From the NCBI RefSeq assembly GCF_000143415.4, contig NW_003314303.1:1239322-1303321 (forward strand): DNA of 64,000 nucleotides, written 5' to 3'. The position numbers and the translations under genes are program-made. The DNA is from Selaginella moellendorffii. Lineage: Eukaryota; Plantae; Lycopodiophyta. The notes beneath the pieces are model-generated. The model saw only the letters and a list, made by a program, of their open reading frames with translations, was not told where the DNA came from and ran no database searches. Position 1 is the stretch's first letter. Each line of letters starts with the position of its first letter. Shown one piece after another: positions 24,731 to 35,173 of the stretch.

Positions 24731-25531
24731 TCATACTGCCGCCTCCGCGCTTGTGTGTGGCGGCGGCTTCTCCACTTCCTCGGGCGGCGCCGTCGCCTCC
24801 TTGGTGGCCGTGGTCTCCCCCGCCGCCGCTGGCGCAGCTGGAGCCGCCGGCGCCGTGTGGCCGATGAGCTTATCGTGGCCAAAGATCCCGTGAACGAGCA
24901 AAGTGTAGAGAAGCTGGGTGATTGCACTTATGATCGCGTATGCCGCCAGCGTCGTCTATCATCCAAGCCAGACAAGAAACTCGGCTCCAAAGTTCTCGGA
25001 AGAGGAAAAGAATTGTCTTACCAGCTTCTTGTTGTGGAGGCCACCAGCGTGGATGTATTTCGAGGCAACGCTGCCAGGAACCAAGAGAAATCCTCGTCAG
25101 AAACCCGAGAAGCTTGAAGAGATCGAGCAGGGAGGAGGAAATTGACTCACCCAAGTGCCAGGATTGTGACCGGCAACGCGAGAATCGATGTAGCCATCGC
25201 CGAAGCTCTGCTCTCGGAGTTCCATTTCCTCAAGTAGTAGAGACCCGCCAGCACCGAGGCAATGCCCACCACTCCAGAGAGCAATGTGTACGTGATGAGA
25301 TCGGGAGTCACCTTGTTCCCTGCCAAGAACAAAGATCACAAGAACACAAGTTAGAACTCCCCAAGAATCTTGGAAGAACAACACACCTCCCAATCGACCA
25401 CTCATTTGCTTGTCGTAGGCCCAGCCCGCGAATCCCAGAATAACAGCGTAGAGGGCGAAATTGAGCGCTAGCAGAGGACGGAGCAATGGCTTGAGCGTCA
25501 TCTGGTGCCTGAGCTGCGGAGGGATCGCCAT
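24731..25531 (-). CDS. AWPM-19-like membrane protein (second paralog), 4 exons
   Basis: Reads LLRPLLALNFALYAVILGFAGWAYD, GNKVTPDLITYTLLSGVVGIASVLAGLYYLRKWNSESRASA and AYAIISAITQLLYTLLVH, followed by an Ala/Pro/Glu tail. Confidence 0.88.
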
Positions 25532-25872
25532 AGCCGCCGCCAAGATCACCCAAACAGAAGAAAAAAGAATTTCTCCCTCTTTCCCGTTCGAGCCAGCCTT
25601 GGCCGCTATATACTCCCCCGCGGTAAAAAAATCCGAGTAAAAAACGCCGGCGCTCCCGCTATCCAGGAGGGAAATGTGGGCTTGCCCAGGTGGGTAAAAA
25701 TACTGGCTTTTTACCACTCGGTTTTATCCGTGGCTGCCGAGGATTCCGTTCGTTTGGCGGCAAGTGGGGGGCTGCCATAGACAGCTTTGCAGCGGCGTCC
25801 CAACGGCTATGATCTGGCGGCCCTCGCGGATCCAACGGCTGGGATTGGGTGTATGCTGTAGGCCTCGCTGTC

Positions 25873-25882
25873 GCCACGTGGC
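25873..25882. promoter_or_regulatory. Palindromic G-box/ABRE (GCCACGTGGC) upstream of AWPM-19
   Basis: Perfect palindrome ~340 bp upstream of the ATG, with a TATA-like tatata at 25607-25612. The AWPM-19 family is ABA-induced. Confidence 0.55.
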
Positions 25883-26347
25883 CAGAGTGGACATGACCCG
25901 TCACCCGTCAGGCTGGTGGACGGTTCGATTCCCACCAATCTTTATTGGATTAGATGTCATTAACAGGGGGGCTTCCTGCCTGGAATCCATGTTCGGTGGC
26001 TATTGTTTTTGTGATATCACTTTGGAGAGATGATGATATTATTCCTTGGCTTGGCTCAACTCCAAGTGGAGCAAATTCTTCTATGAGGTAGCTTTAAAGC
26101 TGGCTGGAAGTGCTGCAAGGGAGATCGGTTGAGAGGAAACAAAAGACTGGAGAATGGAATAAATGGAGTTCTGCCACTGTCGTTCAGGATCATGTGTAAT
26201 ATTCCACACATACATCAACCAACTGGGTGCCATTATAAATATGAATTGTCCAATTTGGGTTTTGATCACACAAAATGGTTAAAAGAAAACTAGATTCTTA
26301 ATTTCTACTTTTACTCTTCATCAATTGTTGATAGTCATAGTCGCTGA

Positions 26348-26512
26348 GTAAGAAGTTCATGGATGGCAGATGCAAAACAATCGGACTCGGCCATTTTAGC
26401 GAAGAGTAAGCCAAGCGATTTCTATCTGAGCACTTGGCACCACACCTGGGCTTGACGCTCCGGCACGGCTGGGAGGAGAGCGTTTGGCCTCCTATCTTCG
26501 TGGCAGCTGGTG
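26348..26512 (+). pseudogene. Internal fragment of a paralog of the 27543-28757 ATPase
   Basis: taagaagttcatggatggcagatgc...ggcttgacgctccggcacggctgggaggagagcgtttggcctcctatcttcgtggcagctgg aligns with 28157-28320 and contains an in-frame stop. Confidence 0.85.
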
Positions 26513-26675
26513 TTCGCAGGCTTACTAAGGCTGATGTATTAACGTAAACTAGTTTAAACTTTTATTTTAGTATAATTTTTATTAAGGTTTACTGTGCATG
26601 CAAAGACACTTGCGTTTCAAGTTGGCGAGCACAAAATTCAACGACGGAACCAACTGCATTGGAAGATTATAGAGA

Positions 26676-26996
26676 ATGGCGGTCACCAAGCTCTCGTGTC
26701 TTCTTCTGGCTCTCATGGTGATGACCAGCTCGTTGGCCGAGGCGTATATGGTGGAAGAATTCGAGAGCTATCTGGATCGAGGCCGAGATCACGACCGCGG
26801 TCAAGTTGGTGTTCGCAAGGGAGCCGTGTGTTCTTCGTGCAGCAAGAAGTACTGTGCTAATCCTTTCAACCATTGCCACTGCGAGAATGGTTGTAGCGAG
26901 TGCTCCTGCTACATCACCCAGCAAGCTTTAGCGATGAGAATTGAAATGCCTCTCCATAGTTTGATCTTGACCTTCAAAATAAAGAGAACTATCTGA
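26676..26996 (+). CDS. Secreted cysteine-rich peptide, copy 1 (C-terminus extended by a 1-nt deletion)
   Basis: Signal peptide MAVTKLSCLLLALMVMTSSLAEA, charged pro-region and 8-Cys domain; single exon. Confidence 0.8.
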   Translation: MAVTKLSCLLLALMVMTSSLAEAYMVEEFESYLDRGRDHDRGQVGVRKGAVCSSCSKKYCANPFNHCHCENGCSECSCYITQQALAMRIEMPLHSLILTFKIKRTI

Positions 26997-26999
26997 GCT

Positions 27000-27490
27000 T
27001 AGGTCTTCTTTTCACGCAAATTCTGTTTGTTTGAGAGAGTGTCAAGATGTTTGTCAAAACGAAACGTGAGAAGATCGCAGTGTGGAGAGCTTTGCTGCTC
27101 GACACTCTCATCGGCCGGTTCTTGACGAGAGGAACCAGCGATTGCACCACGTCTGTGATAAATGGATAATCAGCCTCAAGTTGGATACACGAACAAACAG
27201 AAGTTTTGACATGCAAAATGGATAGAAATGAGAACATTATGACCTCCACCTGTATCAAATATTTCATTGCAAACTGCACAAAAGTTTTGACATGCAAAAT
27301 GCATACAAACGAGAACATTACGAACCCCACCTGTATCAAATCTTTCATTGCAAACTGCCTCGGATCGATGATCTCTACCATCTTATTCGTGTCAATGCCT
27401 GGAAGAAGCGAGTCTTGATTCTACCCAAAGAGACGGAGACTCCTTCACCTGGCAGTCATTTCATGTCACATCGGATTTGGTCTTCAAGAA
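27000..27490 (-). pseudogene. Degenerate duplicate of the 3' end of the downstream kinase gene
   Basis: [18 protein letters not shown] and [13 protein letters not shown] match 29412-29950. It contains an internal ~81 bp tandem repeat (27201-27358). Confidence 0.88.
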
Positions 27491-27542
27491 AAAGAACAAA
27501 TGATAAGAGATTCTCTACCACCTTAGTTAGGGTTGAAGCACA

Positions 27543-28757
27543 ATGGGATCCGTTGCTAAGGAGGAAGTGCAGTCTTCCTACACCTTCTTCAATCGCAAGG
27601 CGGAGCTGGAGAGGCTGCTCAGGATCTTGGATAATGCGCCTCTACAAATCACTGTGCTCCTGGGTCCCAAGGATACGGGAAAGTCGCTGTTATTGACGCA
27701 TCTACGCAAGCTATGGAACTCGGATGTGGGCAGGAGCACTTTGGCTCCGATGGTCATCATTGACATGTGCCTCAACGATTGCTCGTCTCCTGATGCCATG
27801 GCCGCTTTTCTGAAGACAGAATTGGGCGGCTGGCAGCGGCGCGTCTGGAGTATACTCTGGCCTCATACAATGGGAACTCGGAAGCTCGCTCGAAGCATTA
27901 AATCGTTCTGGGAAAGTATTGAACACGTTCAAAGTCTTGTGGCAATCCAAGGGATCATAAACAGCTTTCTGACTCAACATGAGTCTGTCAAGCCGGTTAT
28001 CGTCATCGACCATGCTCATAAGCTCGCCAAGTGGGAAGGCGTCTACGACAAGGAGCTCGACGACTTGCTCAGTTTCCTGGAGGCCATAACCAAGCAGACT
28101 CAGAGAGCTCATGTGATCATGGCTTCCTCGGACGAGTTCTTCCGGTCGTGGCTGTATAAGAAGTTCGCGGATGGAAGATGCAGAGCAATAGAACTTGGCC
28201 TCTTTAGCGACGAGGAAGCCAAGCAGTTTTTCTCCGAGTACGTGGCACCAACTGTGGGCTTGACGCTCCCGCAAGACTGGGAGACGAGTGTCTGGCCTTC
28301 CATCTTTGAGGCAGCTGGAGGAAGCCCGTATCTATTGAAGACGGTGGCGTGCAACGCTTCTCTTGACGATGGTGAGTGTGCTACCAATCTACTGGCACAA
28401 GCCCAGGATCTCATAGACATGGAAAAGGTGAACCTGGAGATAGCTTTGGACCTTGGGGAGGAGGAAGGATGGACCCGAGCAGAGTTGGCTGGGATCGTAA
28501 AGGCGATTGTGCAGGGCGGTGGTGCCGTGACATACAAGAAGGTGGTAGCCGAAGTGTTCCGTTGGCAGATCAACCGTGCCAACGAAGTTGTAAAACGGCT
28601 GGTGCGCAACAAGGTCATCCATGTTCGCGTGCTCACCAGGGCTACCAAGTACAGAGACATGCCTGCGCAGCACACCGAAGCGGGTGCGTACCTCATGGCC
28701 ACCAGTCCTGCGGCATATGCAGCCATGAAGTCAGGTTCATACTTGCTGTATTGTTAA
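27543..28757 (+). CDS. Intronless P-loop ATPase of the archaeal-type ATPase / STAND-like class, 404 aa
   Basis: N-terminal FFNRKAEL, Walker A GPKDTGKS, Walker B-like PVIVIDHAHKL, sensor-like HVIMASSD, a GGxP motif (AAGGSPYLL) and a probable winged-helix C-terminus. Confidence 0.85.
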   Translation: MGSVAKEEVQSSYTFFNRKAELERLLRILDNAPLQITVLLGPKDTGKSLLLTHLRKLWNSDVGRSTLAPMVIIDMCLNDCSSPDAMAAFLKTELGGWQRRVWSILWPHTMGTRKLARSIKSFWESIEHVQSLVAIQGIINSFLTQHESVKPVIVIDHAHKLAKWEGVYDKELDDLLSFLEAITKQTQRAHVIMASSDEFFRSWLYKKFADGRCRAIELGLFSDEEAKQFFSEYVAPTVGLTLPQDWETSVWPSIFEAAGGSPYLLKTVACNASLDDGECATNLLAQAQDLIDMEKVNLEIALDLGEEEGWTRAELAGIVKAIVQGGGAVTYKKVVAEVFRWQINRANEVVKRLVRNKVIHVRVLTRATKYRDMPAQHTEAGAYLMATSPAAYAAMKSGSYLLYC

Positions 28758-28925
28758 ACTGTTTTTAAACATTTTATTTATCTTCTAATATAGTTATTTT
28801 ACTGAGACTGTGCATGCAAAGACTAGCATGTCGTTCACTTGCGTTTCATGCAACTGCAAGTTGGCGAGCATAAAACCCAACGAGGGACAAGCGATGTGAC
28901 CAACTGCATTGGAAGATTATAGAGA

Positions 28926-29195
28926 ATGGCGGTCACCAAGCTCTCGTGTCTTCTTCTGGCTCTCATGGTGATGACCAGCTCGTTGGCCGAGGCGTATATG
29001 GTGGAAGAATTCGAGAGCTATCTGGATCGAGGCCGAGATCACGACCGCCGTGAAGTTGGTGTTCGCAAGGGAGCCGTGTGTTCTTCGTGCAGCAAGAAGT
29101 ACTGCGCTCATCCTTTCAACTATTGCCGCTGCGAGAATGGTTGCAGCGAGTGCTCCTGCTACATCACCCAGCCAAGCTTTAGCGATGAGGATTGA
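28926..29195 (+). CDS. Secreted cysteine-rich peptide, copy 2 (89 aa)
   Basis: Signal peptide, pro-region, then CSSCSKKYCAHPFNYCRCENGCSECSC and an acidic tail SFSDED. Confidence 0.85.
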   Translation: MAVTKLSCLLLALMVMTSSLAEAYMVEEFESYLDRGRDHDRREVGVRKGAVCSSCSKKYCAHPFNYCRCENGCSECSCYITQPSFSDED

Positions 29196-29411
29196 AATCC
29201 CTCTGGAATAGTTTGATAGTGACCGTGCTTTAGCTTCCGAGCAGGCTTCACAATAAAGAGAACTTTCTTTCGCCCATTACAATCCTTGAGCACTATAAGC
29301 TAGATGGTAACTTACAGTCTGCTCGAGGAGAAAAGCGATCGAGGATGTTCTTTTCACGCAAATTCTGTTGCTTTTGATTGACAAAACAATGAAAGAGTGA
29401 CAAGAGGTTTG

Positions 29412-31047
29412 TCAAAACGAAACGTGAGAAGATCGGCAGTCGCTACTTCCACTCTCGGCAGATGAGGATTTTACAGTGACGATGGCGTGGAGAAAGCTGG
29501 GGCTGCTCAACACTCTCATCGGCCGGTTGTGCTTGATGAGAGGAACTAGCGATTGCACAACGTCTGTGATAAATGGCCTGTAATCGGCCTCGGGTTGGAC
29601 ACACATAGCAGCAATAGCTGCGATCTGGAAGAACAAAAAGGAAGTTTTGACACGTAGCATGGATAAGTTTTCGAGCCCCACCTGTATCAAATCTTTCATT
29701 GCAAACTGTCCGTTCAGCCTCGGATCGATGATCTCTACCATCTTGTTCCTGTCTGTGAGCCGTGGCAATGCCTGGAAGAAGCAAAAAAATTGGTTTTTCA
29801 CACGATCAAAGAAGGAAGTCTTGATATCAATTACCCAAGAGACGAGAACTCCTTCGCCTGGCGGTCGTTTCATGTCCACAGGAACACGACCCGTGAGAAG
29901 CTCCAGCAGAACCACTCCAAAGCTATACACATCGGATTTGGTCGTCAAGTGTCCAGTTAACGCATACCTGGAAGAAAAATGTGATTTTTTCTTGAGAAAA
30001 GAACGCAAGGAGATGTTTTTTTACATACTCGGGCGCTACGTAGCCTTGAGTTCCCAGGACCCGCGTTGAGACGTGACCCCCAGCTTTGTCCGAGCCCAGC
30101 TTTGCGAGGCCAAAGTCGGAAACTTTGGCGTTATACTTGTCGTTGAGGAGGATGTTGCTGCTCTTAAAATCCCTGTGAATTATGGGAGGGCTCACCATCT
30201 CGTGCAAGTACTCGAGGCCTCGAGCAGCGTCAAGAGCTACGCGCATTCGAGTGTCCCAGTCGAGCATCGGTGGCCTACCACTGGTTCCTGTAGATCAGCA
30301 AAGTTGGAGCTCTCGTTGGTTTCTGGTAAGAGGTTTCCATACCATCCGAGTGTAGGTGTTCTTGGACGCTTCCGTTTGGCATGAACTCGTAGACAAGCAG
30401 CCTGTGTTCTTGATCAGCGCAATATCCGATGAGTTCCAACAAGTGTGGAGAGTGTAGTCTGCTCAGCATGTCAACCTGATCCAGAAGTTCTGTGAGAAAA
30501 AAGAAAGAAAAAAGAGATTTTTGATGGAAGAAGGATTACCTCTACTCGAAACTCTCGGTCACCCTGTTTGCCCCCTCGATCGAGCTGCTTGATTGCCGCA
30601 GTTCTACCGTCGGGAAGAACACCCCGGAAAACACTGCCAAATCCGCCTTGCCCGACTTCGTTGGACGTAGTAAAGTTGTTTGTAGCGGCCTGCATTTGCT
30701 TGTAAGTGAAAACCTGTGCTTCGCTCGTCGATCCATTGTAGCTAGAGCGTCTAGAGAGGGAAATTGACTGGCTGGTCACGCTCTTTGCCGGCTCGGCCAC
30801 TGCGAAGCAAGAGATTCAGGAAAAATGAAAGAAGGATAAGGAAGCTCTTCCGGAAGGACAAAAAATCTAGCGGGAGTGACGTACCTTCTTGTCGAGGAGC
30901 TCGAGCTTTGTGTCGAAGATAGCAGTAGTACGCAAACGCGATGGCTACAAGGACGAGAGCCGCGGAAGCGATGATAATGGCGATGATAAGCACAAGGTTG
31001 TCCTCCGAGGTGTTATCACCGGCGAGCTCCACCAAGACCCTCCTCAT
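29412..31047 (-). CDS. Single-pass receptor-like Ser/Thr kinase with a very short ectodomain (RLK/Pelle family)
   Basis: TM segment [22 protein letters not shown], then [43 protein letters not shown] and [16 protein letters not shown]. Confidence 0.93.
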
Positions 31048-33431
31048 TCTAGTTGGAAGCTTAGAGGGCCTTGCCTCCCAGCAAAGTTCCAGCTTTTCCT
31101 TCCCTGTTCTTCCTCTTCTTCCTCCTAGCTATGTCTATGAGCATTGTGAGCTTTAGAGCACCAGCATTGCGTTAGTTCCAAGCGAGCTCTTCTCCAAAGC
31201 TTCCTTTTTCCTGATCTTGAGAGACCCAAAGTGGTTCTTCCTTGCTCGCTCGCTACAGATCCATAGCTCTCTCCTGGAAGACTGTCGCGTTGCTAGATCG
31301 CCGTGTGATCAGCGATGATGCCCACGAAGCTATATGGAGCAAAGCGCCAAGAGCACTCCTTGGACGCTTTTGTGAGCCGAGGACACACACGTGACTCTGG
31401 TCAGAAATTACTGCCGCTCTACCGCGTTACCGCGGCAAATGCCCGGCCGGGGCATTTGCAAGAACTTGGACTTCCTCCGCGGTTTTGTCCTGTGGGCGAT
31501 TGTTAAATCGCTTGGAGCTAGCCGGGGCGGCGAGTGGATTTACCTGTGCTCACACTGACGCTGGGCGCTCGATGTTTCGCTCGCGGTGTCGCCGAATGCA
31601 CCACCACAGCAACACAACAAAAGAGCTTTTGAATCGCGAGAACGGGGTGTGATGTGATTGCCGAGCTGAGCTCTCTAGAATGTTAAAAGCAAAAAAGAAA
31701 CGCCCTCTTCTCCTTGTTCGTCTTCTTTCTCTCGTTCTTTGGAGCTCGCACGACGTGAAATGGACTGGATCATTCAATGTGCATGGCAGCTGCATTGGAG
31801 GGAATTGTAAAACTGTCCACGAGAATTCTTGAGGGTCAGTCGCAGGAGGGATGATTCGTGTAAGAAAAACTTTTCTTTTCTCTTTCGTCAAAGAGGAAGA
31901 GGCCTTAAACAAAGGTTTGGGGGTGAATTGGCCATGGCATTAGTGCCGCACAGAGGCAAATGCATGGATGGGAACTGTTTTCCAAGCGAGAAAATCACGA
32001 ATCATGCTGGGAGGTTTGTCCATCCGGTTATAAAGATCGCAACAGCGACACCACCCGCAATTTGACACGGTGAGCATTGCGAGCCTATCCTACGCATTCT
32101 TATTTTTCTTCCATTTTTCTGTCTTTTCTGGAAAATAAATGTATAAATTCGTAAATGCGGGTTGCTGGGCGCAGCACTATGGGACTGCCATGTCGTCCTT
32201 TTTCTTGCAAATTATTGCTTTTATTTTTTTTTTTTCAAATTTCTAAAGAAAAAGATTAGAGACGAGAACTTGCTTGAATCGAGGGACATGGACGTCCCAG
32301 CTAAGATCTTCTGCAACTTCTCTCGATTTTTTTGGTCCTCATCACTCACCGAATTCTCGGATGGATGGAACTCTACGAATTACAATGGTCTCCTCTCAAT
32401 CAATCAATCGAAGTCAAAACGATGAAACTTTCGATCGATCCCTTGCTGGTTTCGCGGCGAGGCAAAATTCCCAAAAAACTACCCTTTCACCGCACGACAC
32501 GGTGCGCATGATTCGATTCGAAAACCTTTAACAAACCAGATCGTGCGCATTGTCATTGTGTTCCAAAGTCTAGACAGTGGAAGAACAAAGGCCAGGATTC
32601 GAACCCGCGAAGAAATCTCCCGCGCTTTTAAGCACCACCGTCGATGCCCCGCGGCGGCAACGGCTGGGATGCGAGGATGTGAAAGTTTTGCCGGGAAAAA
32701 GCCGCTTTATTTTGCCGGGAAGGATATGGCATCGAAGAGAGAAAAGGGTTTTTGGAATCGAAGACGATGGATGGATGGATGGACGTATAGGTTGGTGGCA
32801 GAAAAGTGTCTACTGATTGTACTGGCAGGCGATTGATCGTCGCAATCGTTTGTTTGCTCGTCCTCTCCTCTCCTTTTCTGGATCTTTTCTCCTTCCATTC
32901 GGTGTGTTGTGGTGTTGGGCGATGGCGTGAGCGAGTGTGCGTTGCAGTAATCGGTCCCTCCTCTCGACCCACCTTGGTATCTCGAGCTGGGATGAATCAG
33001 AGCTACTTTGGCAGGGACAAGGTCATTAGATAGATCCAAGCTTGGGTTTTATAAAGGGAAATGTGGCATGGAGGATGGATAGATAGATCACGGGCGATGG
33101 ATTTGCTTAGATGCCTGACCAGATCGCTTTGGAGCGTCGCTATCCTGGATTTAAATGGGTGGTGTTTCTCTTTCACTCCTTTTGGGCCACAGTGATATCC
33201 CCTTTAGCACATGAACAGGCCATGAACAGTCAGTCGCTTGTCCCACTGTTCGTGCTCGCCTCTGCCATGGGTCAAGGAACCAGGAAAATCAGGTTTTGAT
33301 GCTACTTCATGGCTATGGAGGCTGGGATTAGATCGACTAGTTCCATTCCAGGGTCTTGGCGCGAGTAGCGAGAGAAAAAATCCACTTTTTCTTCGATCTC
33401 CAAGAGGAATGCTGCTACTCTCGAGGAGGGT

Positions 33432-35042
33432 ATGTACATGTCTATATCGACACCTTCGCGGCGGCAGTATCAGAATGGTTGCCCCTCCGGCACCAGTGGC
33501 AGTGGCAGCAAGCTCAAGAACGTATCGGTCACGGTGAGCTTCGCGCTTGTTCTCGTGGGTTTGTCACTGCTGGTCTACGTGAGATCGTTCCTGGCACTTC
33601 GCGACGCGTCCGGGCCGGTGTCCTCGATCCCCATCGATGCCTTGCCGGTGGTGATCGCTCTCGCGCAGCGCCAGTACTCACACTCGCGGACGTTCGAGAA
33701 TGTGAGCGCCAGCCCCTCGCCCAGGAGAAGAGATGGCGAGCGAGAAGGTCACAATGGCAGCTTCCATGGTGGGCGATCCACAAGCTCGTGGGAGAATGCC
33801 TCTATTCCTCCATTGGGTGGAGGTGGCGGGCGAGAAGATCACAATGGGAGCTTCCATGGTGGGCGATCGCGATCCAGTAGCTCGTGGGAGACTTCCTCTA
33901 TTCCTCCATTGCGTCGTGACAATTCGGGCAATTCGAGCGCTCCATCGCCCGTGATCAGCAGTGGCGTCGATCTCCAGGAGCTCCTCGCGATTCCGAGCGG
34001 CGCCCAGCGGCGGGAGTGGGTCAAGCGGCACTGGGCGAGCATCGAGATCTTACACTCGGACGAGAGGTCAGCGCAATTCTCCCAGAGAATCAAAGCCTTC
34101 CTCAAGGTGACGGCGCACGATCATCACCACCACCACCATCGGCACTGCGCGCCACACTTCTTCCTTGTCTGGATCTCCGCGGTGGAGTCCTACGGCCCGC
34201 GCGAGCGCCGCTGCCTGGAGAGCATCTTCAAGCACCACCCGCGATCCTGCGTCGTGATCGTCTCGCGATCGCTCGACACCCCCCAAGGCGAAGACCTCCT
34301 CGCCCCTCTCGCCAAGCTCGGCTACCGCGTCATGGCCGCCGCGCCGGATCTCCCATTCCTCTTCGGCTCCACGCCCACGGCGGCGCAGTGGCTCAAGAAC
34401 CTGCGACGCGGCGCGATCGATCCGGGCGAGATCTCCTTGCGGCAAAACCTGGGCAACATCCTCCGGCTCCTCCTCCTCTACCGCTTCGGCGGGATCTACC
34501 TCGATTCCGACGTGCTCGTTCTCGGGAGCCTCGCGAATCTCTCCAATTCCATCGGCGCCCAGACCGAGGATTCGGTCACCGGGGAGTGGCAGCGGCTAAA
34601 CAACGCGGTGCTCGCGTTTGAGCGGCGCCACCCCGTCCTCCATAGCTTCATCCACGAGTTTGCGTTGACTTTCAACGGGAGCAAATGGGGCCACAACGGG
34701 CCGTACCTGGCCACGCGGGTTTTGGACAGGGCGCGGAGGACCGGTACGGTTCCGTGCGGTGTCGTTCGTACGAGGGCGCTGTACCCGGTGACGTGGAACC
34801 ACATCCCGCCGTTGTTTCGCGGCGTGGAGGGCGAGCGCGGGCGGGCATGGCGGGAGGAGAAGCTGCGATGGCTGAGAAGCGGTGAGTCACTAGCGATCCA
34901 TCTCTGGAACAAGCAAACCAGGGGATTGCGAGTGGAGCGCGGGAGCGTGATGGAGGATTTACTTCGCAGCCAGTGCGTGGTTTGCGATGATCGCGACGAT
35001 GGCCATCATGATCTTCCGCAAGGTATAGAGAGAATGCGATAG
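33432..35042 (+). CDS. Alpha-1,4-glycosyltransferase (GT32, Gb3-synthase-like), intronless type II membrane protein
   Basis: N-terminal TM, CLESIFKHHP, LRLLLLYRFGGIYLDSDV (DxD motif), LNNAVLAF, WGHNGPYL and IHLWNK. Confidence 0.92.
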   Translation: MYMSISTPSRRQYQNGCPSGTSGSGSKLKNVSVTVSFALVLVGLSLLVYVRSFLALRDASGPVSSIPIDALPVVIALAQRQYSHSRTFENVSASPSPRRRDGEREGHNGSFHGGRSTSSWENASIPPLGGGGGREDHNGSFHGGRSRSSSSWETSSIPPLRRDNSGNSSAPSPVISSGVDLQELLAIPSGAQRREWVKRHWASIEILHSDERSAQFSQRIKAFLKVTAHDHHHHHHRHCAPHFFLVWISAVESYGPRERRCLESIFKHHPRSCVVIVSRSLDTPQGEDLLAPLAKLGYRVMAAAPDLPFLFGSTPTAAQWLKNLRRGAIDPGEISLRQNLGNILRLLLLYRFGGIYLDSDVLVLGSLANLSNSIGAQTEDSVTGEWQRLNNAVLAFERRHPVLHSFIHEFALTFNGSKWGHNGPYLATRVLDRARRTGTVPCGVVRTRALYPVTWNHIPPLFRGVEGERGRAWREEKLRWLRSGESLAIHLWNKQTRGLRVERGSVMEDLLRSQCVVCDDRDDGHHDLPQGIERMR

Positions 35043-35173
35043 ATTTGGAGACTTGGGCTTTTAGATCGAGTGGGAATAAAACAGCAATGATCGCCATGCA
35101 TTCTCTTATTTGATCGTTCGTGTATGTGAATCACACAGGAGATGGAAGATCTAGAGGTACTATGTTCGAGAAG

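Noticed and set aside
31100-33400. Short ORFs and possible miRNA hairpins between the kinase and GT32 genes
   Set aside because: No recognisable protein motif or convincing long hairpin; most likely divergent promoter and UTR sequence.
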